Assembly: GCA_000320545.1 (NCBI GenBank)
Contig: ADNK01002829.1
Span: 60,544 to 124,543 of the forward strand
Source of the DNA: Bigelowiella natans CCMP2755
Taxonomy: Eukaryota > Protista > Cercozoa
DNA: 64,000 nucleotides
Direction: 5' to 3'
The notes under the pieces: model-generated
Seen by the model: only the letters and a program-made list of their open reading frames with translations
Told to the model about the DNA's origin: nothing
Databases searched by the model: none
Program-made: the position numbers and the translations under genes
Part shown: positions 1 to 13,430 of the stretch, piece by piece
How the letters are laid out: the number at the start of each line of letters is the position of its first letter
How positions within the stretch are numbered: position 1 is the stretch's first letter

Positions 1-489
1 TGTATGTATCCAAATTCATGTTTTGCTGTCACTAAAAGTTGCTGACTCACCCCTGTGTTTCTAAAATCTCCGGCAAAGTAGCCCACCGGAGGTGAAACTT
101 TATTTGTGCTCACAGTGTTACTTGATTCTTCCTCTAAAGCATAATTTCGTGTGAATTTCAATCTTGTTGCCGCTTTTGATTCATTGGAGTGACTTGCTCT
201 GTTCTTCATATTTGAATACTTCTCCTGCGCTGTGCAAAAGCTGGTTGCTGGATACACGCGCTAGGAGGTAGATGCAGACGTACACTGCAAATATATTTTC
301 CGAAGTGACGACTCCTATACAATTATGTCGCTAAATAGAATTAGAATGTTTTTGATCATTGATAAAAAACATTTAGAATACAGGGACAAAATGACTAAGA
401 TTTCACAGCATACTAGTCGTACATTGTAAAAGGAAATCCTTGTAATTTTTTAATTTTGAAACTTAATATGTCGGCTCTGGAAATAATCG

Positions 490-780
490 TGGACAGTTCT
501 GGAAGTGGATCAATTTTAGGTGAAATGACCAATATTAGGATTTGTTGGGATTCTCGAAGCATTCGGGAGCGTTCTCTTCGGATTGCGAAAAGACTCGGAC
601 GCCGTACGTCAAATCGCAGAAAATCGAATTTCGAAGCAAATAACAGAAATCATGGACAATATTACATTGTTTTTTTGGATTATTCATTAATCTCCGGTAT
701 TTTCAGTACATGCGTGAACTTGATTTCTGCCGCGTCACATCGTTGGCTTTTGACTACGCCTACGGCATTCTTGAATGTAT
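490..780 (+). promoter_or_regulatory. Putative heat-shock-element-like nTTCnnGAAn dyads upstream of HSP70
   Basis: TTCtgGAA (~498), TTCtcGAA (~551) and TTCttGAA (~768) lie 200-470 nt upstream of the HSP70 ATG. No perfect three-unit HSE was seen. Confidence 0.3.
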
Positions 781-968
781 GCTATATTTTTTAAAAACAG
801 AGTATTGAAATGTTTTTTACAAATTATTAAGGGGATTTTGTGACTATTCGGGATATTGTTGAACATTGAATCGCAAGATTAGACCTGATTCTACGGCAAT
901 CCTGCCACACAAGAAAACAACTCCGTGCCGCTCCCATTCACAAACACAATCCAAAACTAGCGGACATC

Positions 969-3018
969 ATGTCTTCGAAACCCGCTGACCCAAAAACGTG
1001 AGTTTGTAATTTACATTCAACTTGAATAGATGATAAGAGACGACCCGCCTCTGACACGTTATTTTTCTGAACATCTGTGATAATTTAGTGCCATCGGTAT
1101 CGACCTTGGAACCACTTACTCCTGTGTTGGGGTGTGGAAGAACAATGGCGTTGACATCATCGCGAACGACCAAGGTAGCCGTACGACTCCTTCCTACGTC
1201 GGATTTACCGACGAGGAGCGCCTCATTGGAGAAGGTGCAAAGAATCAAGCTGTTAGGAACCCTACGAACACAGTCTTCGATGCGAAGCGTCTCATCGGAC
1301 GTAAGTTCACAGATGCAACGGTGCAAAGCGATATGAAACTTTGGCCGTTCAAGGTTGTTGCAGGTGATGGCGGAAAATGCCTCATCGAAGTCGAATACAA
1401 GGCTGAGAAGAAGCAGTTCACTGCTGAGCAGATCTCCTCCATGGTGCTCACCAAGATGAAGCAAACTGCCGAAGATTACCTCGGAAAGACTATTTCTAAG
1501 GCTGTGGTTACTGTCCCTGCGTATTTTAACGACGCACAAAGGCAAGCAACGAAAGATGCTGGAACTATCGCAGGTCTTGAGGTCCTCCGTATCATTAACG
1601 AGCCTACTGCGGCCGCCATTGCTTACGGTTTAGACAAGAAAAAAGCTTCTCAAGGCGAGAAAAATGTTCTCATTTTCGATCTTGGTGGAGGAACCTTTGA
1701 TGTGTCCTTACTGACTATCGAAGATGGTATTTTCGAGGTCAAAGCAACAGCAGGAGACACGCACCTTGGTGGTGAGGACTTCGATCATCGTATGGTCCAA
1801 CACTTCATCAAAGAATTCAAGCGCAAAAATCGTGGTGCTGATCCAACATCGAGTATGAAGGCCATCCGTCGTCTCCGAACTGCGTGCGAGCGTGCAAAGA
1901 AGACTCTCTCATCGTCCACACGTGCAACACTTGAGATCGATTCTTTCTACGATGGAATCGACTTTCATTCATCCTTGACAAGGGCTCGATTCAATGATCT
2001 TTGCGAAGATTACTTCCAGAACACTCTTATCCCTGTCGATAAGGTTCTTCGGGATGCTAAGATGTCCAAAAGCCAGGTCCATGACGTTGTCTTGGTAGGA
2101 GGATCGACCCGTATTCCTAGAATCCAAGAACTGATCGAAAAATACTTCAATGGAAGGAAGCCTTGCAGATCTATTAACCCTGATGAGGCAGTGGCACACG
2201 GAGCAGCCGTACAAGCAGCGATTCTCACTGGAAATACTAACGAGGATACAGAGAGTATGTTGCTTATTGACGTAACTCCGCTTTCGCTCGGTATCGAAAC
2301 TGCTGGAGGAGTTATGACCAAACTGATCCCCCGTAACTCTACCATCCCTTGCAAGAAGAACCAGGTCTTCTCCACATACGCAGACAACCAGCCTGGTGTT
2401 CTCATTCAAGTTTTCGAGGGTGAGCGCGCCAAGACAGCAGATAACAACCTTCTAGGTAAGTTCGAGCTGAGTGGTATTCCTCCAGCTCCTCGCGGAATCC
2501 CACAGATCAACGTCACCTTCGATCTCGACGCGAACAGCATTTTAAATGTGAAAGCTGAGGATAAATCAACTAACAAATCTTCTAAGATCACCATCACAAA
2601 CGACAAGGGCCGTCTGTCTCAGGAGGAAATTGAAAAGATGATTAGCGACGCAGAGAAGTTCAAGGAGGAAGATGAAAAACATGCTAAAAAGGTTGCTGCA
2701 AAGAATGGTCTCGAGCAGATGGCATACGGTATTAAAAATACCCTGAGTGATTCGAAAATGGAGGGAAAGATCAGTGCGGAAGATAAATCTAAGGTAGAAA
2801 AGGCTGTGAAAGAGACTCTTGAGTGGGTAGAAACCAATGAGAGCGCAGAAATAGATGAACTTGAGCACAAGAAGAAAGAACTTGAACAGGTTTGGAACCC
2901 GATCATGCAAAAAGTGTACCAGGCGGGTGGAGCTCCTGGAGCAGGCGGTCCTCCAGGTGCTGGAGGCGCAGCCCCTAAACCGGAAGAGAACATGGATGAC
3001 CTCGACACCCTCGATTAA
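969..3018 (+). CDS. HSP70: Cytosolic-type heat shock protein 70 (2 exons: 969-997, 1089-3018)
   Basis: ATG at 969 (MSSKPADPK). A GT..AG intron at 998-1088 restores [17 protein letters not shown]. Motifs [22 protein letters not shown] and [11 protein letters not shown] are present, with a GGAP-rich tail. The protein ends DDLDTLD. Confidence 0.97.
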
Positions 3019-3702
3019 TTTATCTGTCTAATCGTAAAAGCACGAGCTGTTGTCATCTTCATGCAGATGTACTTTAAATCAAAATGTAAATGTTCATAAA
3101 CGGTGAAAGCAACAAACCATTCTTACTCCACAGCGCATGAAATTGTATTTTCAAACTGCGCTCAAATTTTCACGGCAATCAGAACGCTGGTTCAACTCGG
3201 CACATTGTGTCATTGGTTAGCACACCTGCTAGACTAGTAGATGCTAACTGCTCGTACAGTCTCATTCGTGGCAGCTGGTCACACGTGCTACAGCATGCTA
3301 GCATGTCTAGAACATCGATCATCATGCATTTTGAATGTCGATGCAGGCTAGCACATGTCAGCAATCATTGCATGATCAATCCCAAAAGATGAGACACCAC
3401 ATCGAGAGAACGCCGCCAGACGAACGTGGCCGCGCTAGCGCGACCATCATTCACCGCACATGGTCAGATGGATCCAGCATCATCCTCACATGTCGAGATG
3501 TCAAATGAGCTGCTAGTTCTAGAGTTGCACAAGCATTGCACGTACAGACAAGGTGCACATCACTAGATCGCATCACTCATCAGCGGTTGTTTTCCAACAT
3601 CGATATTATACGATCTAGACATGTGCATGGCTTTGCGATTAACACTTTTCTTTGTGGTGCACGATTGACCATGCATACCATTTCAACTAGATTAATTTCT
3701 CC

Positions 3703-4234
3703 TCACACTTTCTCTGCTGAGAACCACTATCGTTAAGACGACTACTATCTCTGGCCTCGACAGCAGCAACAACCCATTCCACTGCAAGAAGTTGCGCCTC
3801 GTTTGCTTCAGGGAGGAATGCTCCCATACTCCAGAAACCATGCGGCTACGTAAAGTCGTACAGCAGGGATGAGGGTATGCATTTATATTCCGAAATTATT
3901 CGAAAATAAGAACAATGAATGTAAGATGTTATGGTCTATCATGTTTCATACTCATTTGCATCGGATAACACGAACGAAAAATGAGAATAATCCGACTACC
4001 ACAGTGTCACTTATCCATCCAAATTTCGTTATTATACTACAACGACAGTGATGGCATTTTATTATAAAGAAGTACCAAAGTTCTGAAAATCTTAAAGTTC
4101 CCTGGAACACCATTTCTTCGGAGACGAACATGAAAATCCACCTGAAATAATAAATAACAACACCAATTAACAAATGATGGTAGTATTAGTCCTACCTACA
4201 ACTAATAGTGCTAAAAACTGTGAGTAATATTCAA

Positions 4235-4268
<34 letters not shown>

Positions 4269-5555
4269 CAGTTGTTATCGGCTGCTGTATACCATCTACT
4301 ACTGCACACAAAATAAATCGCAAACAATGATGATATATGGCAACGCAATGTATAGTACACCCCCTACTGCAAATAACAAATCTAAGACGCACAACAGACA
4401 ACGTGGCCTACTACTACCGCATCATCCAAGAGAATGTCCATTCCACCTGTCATAATTGACGTTGGAGGGAATCGACTCAGAACCTGAAAGACAACATGAT
4501 GTGTAAATTATCATGATTGTGATGATGGTGATATGAAGATTATCCAAAAACGACGAAAGGACAGGAAACAAAACTTATTTGTTCGAGATGGATGATTATT
4601 CAACATGATTGTTTTGGTAAAGCCGTGCTCTACGATGACGAACAAAAAGAGGGGGGGGAATATTTCAAATTATCACTCGAATATGCCCAAAACACGCTGG
4701 TATATGACAGGTTCTACTTATTAACTGTTCCTTCCCCCCTCTCTCAGTTGATGATGATGATAATGATGATGGGAACATATCCTACTACTCTCTTCTTTTT
4801 ACCGCGTCAGATGTAAATATGGGCGAGACTTGTGGATTGAGCAATAAATCAGGATCTTCTTTGTGATACGCTTTCGCTAGATTTCCTGCGGCTACTGGTA
4901 AAACCTATTACATTATGTTATTATGTATGTATGTATGTATGGATGGATGGATCATGACAATAGATGATAAGATAATGCTCTCTTCTTCTTCTTCTTCTTC
5001 TTCTTCTTCTTCTTCTGTCCTTACAATTATAATATAATGATGATGGTAATAATAATACCGGGTCACACATGTGGAGAGCTCTCGAGGGACTAGGAGATGG
5101 TCCGAGATTAAGTGCAGGATATCCCAAAATAATTTCATCCGGAAGTGTAGCTTTGACAGGAGGCTGTGATTTTGCTCCTCCAGCAATAAGACGATGTGAG
5201 TGAGAGGCCCCACCTGTGTCTATTTTTAGGTCTGGGTAGTGCGCCCCAACATACCGCACACAAAGAGCGGCTATCAAATTTGCACCTGCCGACTGGTTAG
5301 AGTAGTATATGTTACATAGCATCATACATGATAAGTTATAAGAAACGTTAATATCATTATCCATGTGATTATTCTTCATAGCTGTATATATGCATGCATC
5401 ATTGATCCTGAGAATTAAAAACCATTTTATAGCAAATAGAAGACAGCTTATTCGAGTGGACAATAAAGGCACCAACAACGACAACAATAACAACAACGAT
5501 GATAATGATGATAATGATGATGATGATCACGATAATAATGATGATGCTAGGACGG

Positions 5556-5598
<43 letters not shown>

Positions 5599-6474
5599 AA
5601 CTTACTTCTCCAGCTACGATAACTCGAGAGGGAATAAAGCCAAGGCCTGAGTAGTAGTATACGATGAATGAATATACGACGGAGGAGAAAACTGAACCCT
5701 AACACTAGTAAGTAGTAGTTGGTGCTTATGCTCATTTATGCATCCTGACAGATAAATATGATGTACTACAACTACTACTACCACCTACTACCTACTACGA
5801 CACCTAATAATTACAGCTGGTGCTAGTCCATTTGGGTTATGATGATGATGTTGTCGTGATGTTAATGGTAAAAAAAATCAAATAAGAGATGAGGAGTCCT
5901 CGCAACAGGGGCTATTACCTCCAGCTCGTACCCATTCGTAGGTGATACATATTTCATCAAGAGCACAAGGAAATGGCTTTTCAGGAGCAACCTGTTGTAA
6001 TCGTCGCCGAAATGTTGTGAGATGTTAGAAGTATTTGTATCTCATTATCATCATCATAATCATCATCATCATCTTCTTCTTCTTCCTCCACCTATGCTTC
6101 TCCATGTTGTTGTGGTAGTAGTAGTAGTAGCAGCAGCAGCAGCACTATTACCGAATATTCTGAAATGATAATGGGAACATTTGGCAGGGCCTCTCCAATT
6201 TGCGAGATAAACGGGATGTCCATTGTTAGCAAGTTGCTACAAAATCCACTAAACAAAAAATAAAGAACAATCATAAGTAATAACCCACAGTATGGAAGAT
6301 CTATTTGAGGAGGAAGGGGAGGAGGAGGAGGAGGAGGAGGCACACACGTATTGAAATGAGTATGTGCATCACGTGTAGGAGGTAGCTCTATATAATCGTG
6401 CATTATTTTTCATGATATTCATCATCATCACTACCATCCCAATATACTAATATTATTATTACATACGTTCCGTT

Positions 6475-6506
<32 letters not shown>

Positions 6507-6694
6507 CCTACCCGCCATACACGTAGACGATGACAGGGCCACCTCTTGTAATGGGTGGAGAGACAACGACAGGGTTAGTGGGGGACTGGCTAGTAGTCCT
6601 GATCATGTTTGTTCTTCCTCCACCGGATGGTGCAGTAGACGATGATGATGATGATGATGACGATGATGATGGTGATGATGATGACGATGGTGCT

Positions 6695-6725
<31 letters not shown>

Positions 6726-7228
6726 ATGATCCAGCAGCAGCACCAGGAAAAGTAGCATTAGTATTAACCAGCTTATCCTTTTCTCCCATAACACCATCTA
6801 CTACATTATCATCAATACAACTACAACTACTACTACTGCGAGATTTTAGATCCAAATAGTCCGCCCCCCTGTTGCAGCAGGAGGAGTGCCTTATTCTTCC
6901 CATCACCATCCCTCCCCTCGAAGATCCTCCTCCTCCTCCTGTAATCGTTTCCCTTGCTGCTACTATGTAATCGATTATCCGTGTAAACGTGTGCTCAAAA
7001 GGGATTCGTCCTACAGGCATCACACTGCTCCTGAGGGATGATGATGATGATGATGATGATGATGAGGCTACTGCTACTTTTGGAGCGGCACCACTTCTTT
7101 GGAAAATATACGTGTCGTATGGTAAACCCGGTATGTGGATTTTGACACGAGTCTTGAACATGTACATGTGAGAAACGATTTGTGCGTATCTTGTCACCGA
7201 ATTATTCCCTAACAACAGTACATAGAAA

Positions 7229-7277
<49 letters not shown>

Positions 7278-7455
7278 CTTTGTTATTACCATACTATCAT
7301 TATTGTTGCTATATTCTTACTGTTAATCCTGTAACCATGGTTATAAACCATGTCATTATTTAATGTCAGATATTCAGCAGCAGCATAAGCACCATTGTAG
7401 TAGTAGTAGTTGCAGTAGTAGTAGTAGTAGTGGTAGTAGTAGTAGTTGCGCTCTT

Positions 7456-7495
<40 letters not shown>

Positions 7496-7509
7496 TTTGT
7501 TCTGTTGAG

Positions 7510-7547
<38 letters not shown>

Positions 7548-7719
7548 AGCAGCAGCAGCAAGTAGTATCTTATGTTAACTAACCTAACCAAGTGAGAAAC
7601 CTAAACAACTCTGGTCTCATGTGCTGTCGCACACCCGCAGCATATGACGAGGCACGTTTTGGATGCAATAGAAAGTATCTGATGATGACGATGATGAGGT
7701 TGATAAGATTGTTGACTAT

Positions 7720-7758
<39 letters not shown>

Positions 7759-7888
7759 GGTGATGGTGGTGGTGGTACTTACGGTCCGCTTATCTGCATA
7801 ATGAGGAGAGCGAGCCATTGACGTCCTCCCGCCACCTTAAATGCCACACCCGTGCTGCTATAGAGCACATCTAAAGCCTGTGCATTAT

Positions 7889-7920
<32 letters not shown>

Positions 7921-10668
7921 GATTAATGTGGTAGCAGCACCACCTTCTTGAGCAAGTAATGGCGTCCATGTGTGTACTGGTGTAGATATGGGTCACAGGG
8001 ATAAGCAACTGACTCGATGAGCAACCTCGATGCAGGCTTGCAACGAGGTTCCAAATCCAAACGCTTACAAGGAAATGCGACCAACTCAACATAACTTCGT
8101 GCCCTTCGCACCCGTGCTTCATCAAGGGCAAACGTTACGTTATTCATTATTCGTTGTAATAGCAGTAGTTGCTTATGGCATGCCCGTAGCTTGGCCATAG
8201 ATCTCCAACGCATAACTGAATAATAACCATAATAACAAAGAGACGCCAGCAGATAAGATAACCAGAAACAAAAAGGAGGTCGGTCATCATCCTTCTTGTC
8301 GTTTAAGGATATCAAAGTTGTAGTAAATACTACTTGTTTATCATCATTGTCATCATCGTCATCATCATCATAGTGATATCTTCCTCCTCCTCCTCCTCCT
8401 CCTTTTCTTAGCACTTGTTGTGTGTGGTGGTCACACGCACTACTCACCACGATGAACTAGCCAAGCAGCAACGAGAAGGGACAGAGCAGCTTTGATTTTT
8501 GCTTGTCGTTTCAGCCAATTAGAAATGCGGCGCCACAAATACACAGCTATTGCAATCCATCCCTTGTCATCACGTCGAACGTGTAACTGCACTCTGACAG
8601 GACCGCTCATTGGACCCTCCCATCTTGCAGGCCTGGTTGCGGATAACACCTAATATGGATTGATTATACTATTATTGATGACAACATGATAAGACAGAGA
8701 GGGGGGGGTGAAAGGAGGACCTGTAAAGTCACAGATAGCCATCCGGTAAGTTTCCACACACCTGCTGCAGCAACTAATACGGAGCTTGATGCAAAGACTG
8801 CATCACGCGGAGTAGCGTAGAAGAATCTGTACATGTTGTTAATGCAACCCTAATAGTAATAATAATAATAGTAATATTATGGTGGACAACAGTAGGAGGA
8901 GGAGGAGAAAGGAGAAGAATACGCATTACGCTTTGTGAGTACACAGGAGTAGTAGTTTGATGAATGATAAACCATTATTAATCATTGTTACTTACTTACT
9001 TACTACCTTAGTTTCCAAAAGCGCTCCTTTGAGGTTGTGTAACAATGAAGCAACCCCTCCGCATATCAGTGGGATGTGGCCTGTGCGTAGAAGATCGAAA
9101 CTATTAGCATCGTTGTGATGGTGACTGTTGCATCCCCCTTTGTGTATTCGTAGTGTTTACATCATTGCTAAAAGGGAGGAGGCAAATAAGGAGCAAAAGA
9201 ATATTGATAGTAAGAGTGCTCACTCTTACCATCATCAAGCATCTCGTGTGCACTGCGTATTGCAGCCTTGAGGGTTCTCCTCTCTTGACGACTGCCAAAT
9301 AGGGAGGAGGCTCTTGTTCCGTGAGATGATGATGGGAGAAACTTTCTTGATTTTAGAAGATGGTCCGAAATGTAGTTAAACAGCTGCCTCTCCAAAACAG
9401 CTAGCGTCAAGCTCAAATCACGCCTGTGAGCACGTAAAAACAAAATTTCGTCAAACAGTAGTAGAATCATACTTTGGTTTATTCGTACAGATCGTAAGGT
9501 GCGTGAATTGAGTTGGCTTTAGTCATCAGCGATTCCACACAATCGATGCATTCCAGAGAAACCTGATGGTTATCACATATCAACTCAATGGAATATGATC
9601 GCCACTCTCCTATTGACATGCTATATCCTGCAGTAGTATGCGAACGTACAAATGTTGATGTTAACGGGGAGAAGGCTGCACGACCTTTGACACTAACTGT
9701 ATATCCTCTGAGGACACATCTTCAATATGGAGACGGGATTTTCCTCTCATCCCTCGCATCCCTCTCATCCCGATGATGTTGTTACTACTATGAGTGGAAG
9801 GAGGAGACTTGCCAACCACTATTTTTGGCCCTCCTCCTCGAGCAATTCCTGATAGACGACTGCTCTTATATTTTGTAGACGTGGAAGAAGTAACCTCCTT
9901 CAAATCTGCTGATTCCAGGGATGGCTGTCTTTTTCTCATTTCTCCGAGCAGCAGCAGCAGCAGCAGCAGCGATCTTTTAGATGTCGAGGACACCGAATTT
10001 ATTTAGTTAGACATTAGCTTGCTGCTGTGGAAGCGGTTCGTCGTTTGGGGCTTCAAGGAAATCTATGATTTGGTTAATGCCAGGAGCTGCTCGATATTTC
10101 CAGCAGCCTGGATTTTAGGTTGTAGGTGTACCTCCGAAAGTGATTTAACCCTCTCTTTTGAAGGAAGGAAGGAAGGAAGGAAGGAAGGAAGACCGTGTCC
10201 TTGGCTGATGTCAACGTGAACGACTGTGTGTGTATGGGAAAGCCACGCCCCACAAGTAGCTGCAGCAGAAGAAAAAGCAGAGTAGAGGGAGAGAGAGAGA
10301 AGACGTGAAGTTACTGGATTGCTTCTTCTGCGATCATCATCCGAGTATACTACTACTATTACGGTAAATAGACAAAATAACATGCAAAGAATATCCTATA
10401 TATCTACACTATTATTGACAACTTCATCAAGCTGTACAATCCATCATCTCTTCAACAACGACAACAACTCGTACTTTTTAGAAATAATGATATCTCATGA
10501 ACGCCCATCATCGTCATCATCATCATCATCATTGTTGTTGTTGTTGTTGTTCCAGATCGCAGCCGAAGCAAACCGAACCCACGTGTCCTAACGCGTGAAA
10601 CCCCCACTTCAAAGGTGGGATATATGTACCCCACTTTACTAGGATCAAACAAACCCTGCGTCAAAACC
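3703..10668 (-). CDS. Hormone-sensitive-lipase-family alpha/beta hydrolase, many exons, long N-terminal extension (5' end approximate)
   Basis: Spliced minus-strand exons give VIVYVYGG|GF (oxyanion region), VAPEKPFPCALDE, VIVAGE|SAGANL (nucleophile Ser), YPALNL, GGMDILLDDA (acid) and RTL|PHGFW (His), with the stop at 3703-3705. Upstream exons (7600-10670) are assigned to this gene by strand and splice sites only. Confidence 0.85.
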
Positions 10669-11036
10669 TGTCAACAACTAATCAATGAAAATGCAGGGGA
10701 ATTTTTCACACCGTGCAAGTATTTTTTAAAATGATTTTACCAATAAAAAGAGTTTTGAAAGGCCCTATGCAGTTTACAGCAGTCTACCGAATCATTTAAA
10801 CTTTTATCACATCTGCAGGCCTTTTGTAAAAATGATCTCGACTTTTTGTTGGTGATTTATCTTATCATGGTTCCGAGTTTCAGATGGTGATTGAATTGAT
10901 GCTCACATAAAATAGAAATAATATCCAATGTGCGTACGTTGCTCATTTAGAGTTTCGACCTTGTCGCAGGCATGTAATCCCATGTAACATTCGGTCGACG
11001 GTGGAATCAGCTTCATAACCACACGTGGTCACCACG

Positions 11037-11331
11037 ATGATGAAGCTCTCCCTGTTGCCTTTTGCATTCGTTGCGGCACTATCAGCTCCTCTTGCACCCA
11101 CATCTTCGTCTCTTAGGACATCGGTGACGCATCGCCCTGTCTCGCGATCATTAGTTAATAGCCGCGAACGCTTCGCTCTGTCCTCAAGGTAAGAGTTTCA
11201 TTACATCGTCTGCTGCGTTGTTTTTAATACCGCGGGCTAAAAACTGTCTTTCCTCTCATTTACTCTCATTCCTCTCATTCCTCTCATTCCTCTCATTCTC
11301 TCTCATTCTCTCTCATTCTGTCTCATTCTCT

Positions 11332-11395
<64 letters not shown>

Positions 11396-12528
11396 GGTTG
11401 TCCCAGTTTTCGATAAATTAATTGAATAATATTTTTCATTTAATTCTGCTCTATTACATCTCCAGAAAACAGACATCCTTTAAGAAGGAGGAGCAGGCTT
11501 CGATCCGGAAACAGCTAGTTACAAGGGCACAAGAAGTACAGGAGAACTCATCCCCAATTCCGTTTATTGCTCCTCCTGTAGCTCTCGCCGCTGCGTATGC
11601 CCTTGTCAAGCTTTCACCCCTCGACCAGGTGCTACTCTTTTTGTTTCGTAAAGTTTTCCCCAGTTTAAATGTCTTTAACGTAGGCGTTGACGACCTTCAT
11701 CGAAGGCAATGGCTACCCACAAATGGTCTGAAATATTAGAATGAAATATAGGGTTAGAAAAACCGAAGCAAATACATTGCAGTTTCGAGATCTGGCCATG
11801 CCGGGATTCTTCTACAACTGGTTTCACGCGTAAGATATCACGATATTAAATGTTGATGTCGATAAGTAACTGTTCAATGTGTCTTTTCTAGAGCGAACAT
11901 GGCTATTGTAGCTGGCGCAATGGGTGGATACGGAGCATGGCTCGGGTTTATCCATATTCTTCTCCCGAGAAAACTTCGGAGCTAAAATAAACTTATGTTT
12001 AGTTTTGAAACGAAGGCAGGAAGGGGAAATGAAGAAGCTTGGGGAGCGTTAAACGGTGCGACCAAACGGGAACTTCACACACAGGTCGCGTTCGCATTTA
12101 ACGGGTGACATCTATCTTCTGAATGAAGTAATCACAACAGCTAATGGCCGGAGCAGGGTTGATTTTCGCAGCTGGTGGTTTGGGTGGAGTGACCTTCATA
12201 CTCACCCTACAGAAATCTTTGTTTGAATCTCCACATGCAATCACTGGATTCGCTGAATTAATGCTCTTTGCAACCCAGGTTGGTAATTTATTTCAAAACA
12301 CTTGCCATTTATTCAGTGGATGCGTGTTGTAGGCTGGTTTAGCCCTCTCCATGAAGCAAAATCCTGGACTTCGCCAAGCACATGCAACCCTCGGTCATCC
12401 ATGTTGTTCAGTCACCATAAAAGAGCATGAATTCAAAACCGAAAATTGGCTAACACTTAGGAGCCATCACAATGGGGATCCTTGCTACCCATGCGACACT
12501 GGGAATCAAACTTGGACTTGGTCTATAG
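11037..12528 (+). CDS. DUF4079-family membrane protein with bipartite (signal + transit-like) plastid leader, multi-exon
   Basis: Leader MMKLSLLPFAFVAALSAPLAPTSSSLRTSVTHRPVSRS. Later exons read FYNWFH|ANMAIVAGAMGGYGAWLG, ELHTQ|LMAG, LFESPHAITG and LRQAHATL|GAITMGILATHATLGIKLGLGL*, matching the four-His pattern of DUF4079 as I recall it. Confidence 0.8.
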
Positions 12529-13152
12529 AGGCGTATGACGACGAGTATGAACAGTTTGTATCATGCATGCACTACAGATCATCACAGAGAGTAGATTCTG
12601 TCCTGCTAGCAAGATGGGGCGTCTCCATGCTAGCATGCTAGCGGTTATAAATGCAATATGAGAGCGAACGTAGAAAGAATCTTTGGCTTCTAGTATGGCA
12701 TTAACTCCGGGAGACAGCGAGCGTGATATCGCTTATACGCTCATATGCATGCTAGTTAGCTAGCATGCTAGCATGGTGTGCGACGTACATGCTTGCACTG
12801 CAATAATGCTAAATTTTCAATAGTATAGCTAGATAGTGTGCTGCCGTGAAACAAGACGAAAATTAAGATGATATAATGACTCCGTACACTTCATGCAGTG
12901 CCTTGGCATGCAGGCTTATCGGCTAATGCACACGTGCGCGCAATAAGCCGTTGTTCGTGGCGGGTATCGCTGATGTCGTACACACAACTCAGAGCTACAT
13001 ACATGCCACGTACAATGTTTGCGTTAGGCTGCATGATCATGACGTGTATACCCATTACCCATTGTGACGTTGCGCGTGCTTGCGGATTGAACGCTAAATT
13101 ATTACACACTCGTGTATAGCTTATCATTTGCGACACAATTTGTTTTGGGAAG

Positions 13153-13291
13153 ACATAACACATTCGAACAATTTTAAAAACATGTGGACTACGTTGATGC
13201 GTCCACAATGCAATTTATCCGTCTCACATAACACATTCGAACAATTTTAAAAACATGGGGGCTACGTTGATGCGTCCACAATGCAATTTAT
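13153..13291. repeat. Tandem duplication, two ~66-nt copies (period 73 nt)
   Basis: acataacacattcgaacaattttaaaaacatg(t/g)gg(a/g)ctacgttgatgcgtccacaatgcaatttat at 13153-13218 and 13226-13291. Confidence 0.95.
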
Positions 13292-13430
13292 GTGATAGTG
13301 ATGAAAGATTACTAACGATAATCGATCCAATCCAGGTAGCCTATTTGAAATGCGTATCAAAAAATATGGCTTCACATACAGAAGATTGCCACCTGGCACA
13401 GAGTTATCATCCACACACTTTCTATCTATA

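Noticed and set aside
46-290. Possible minus-strand exon (ends at a GTGAG donor near 50)
   Set aside because: No recognisable protein motif, and the gene would lie mostly outside the window.
967-3008. Several minus-strand ORFs (192, 146, 131, 129 aa) over HSP70
   Set aside because: Antisense shadows, well known for HSP70 genes; no independent support.
13153-13291. Repeat-spacer-repeat resembling a CRISPR array
   Set aside because: Only two 66-nt copies with a 7-nt spacer, eukaryotic context and no cas genes.
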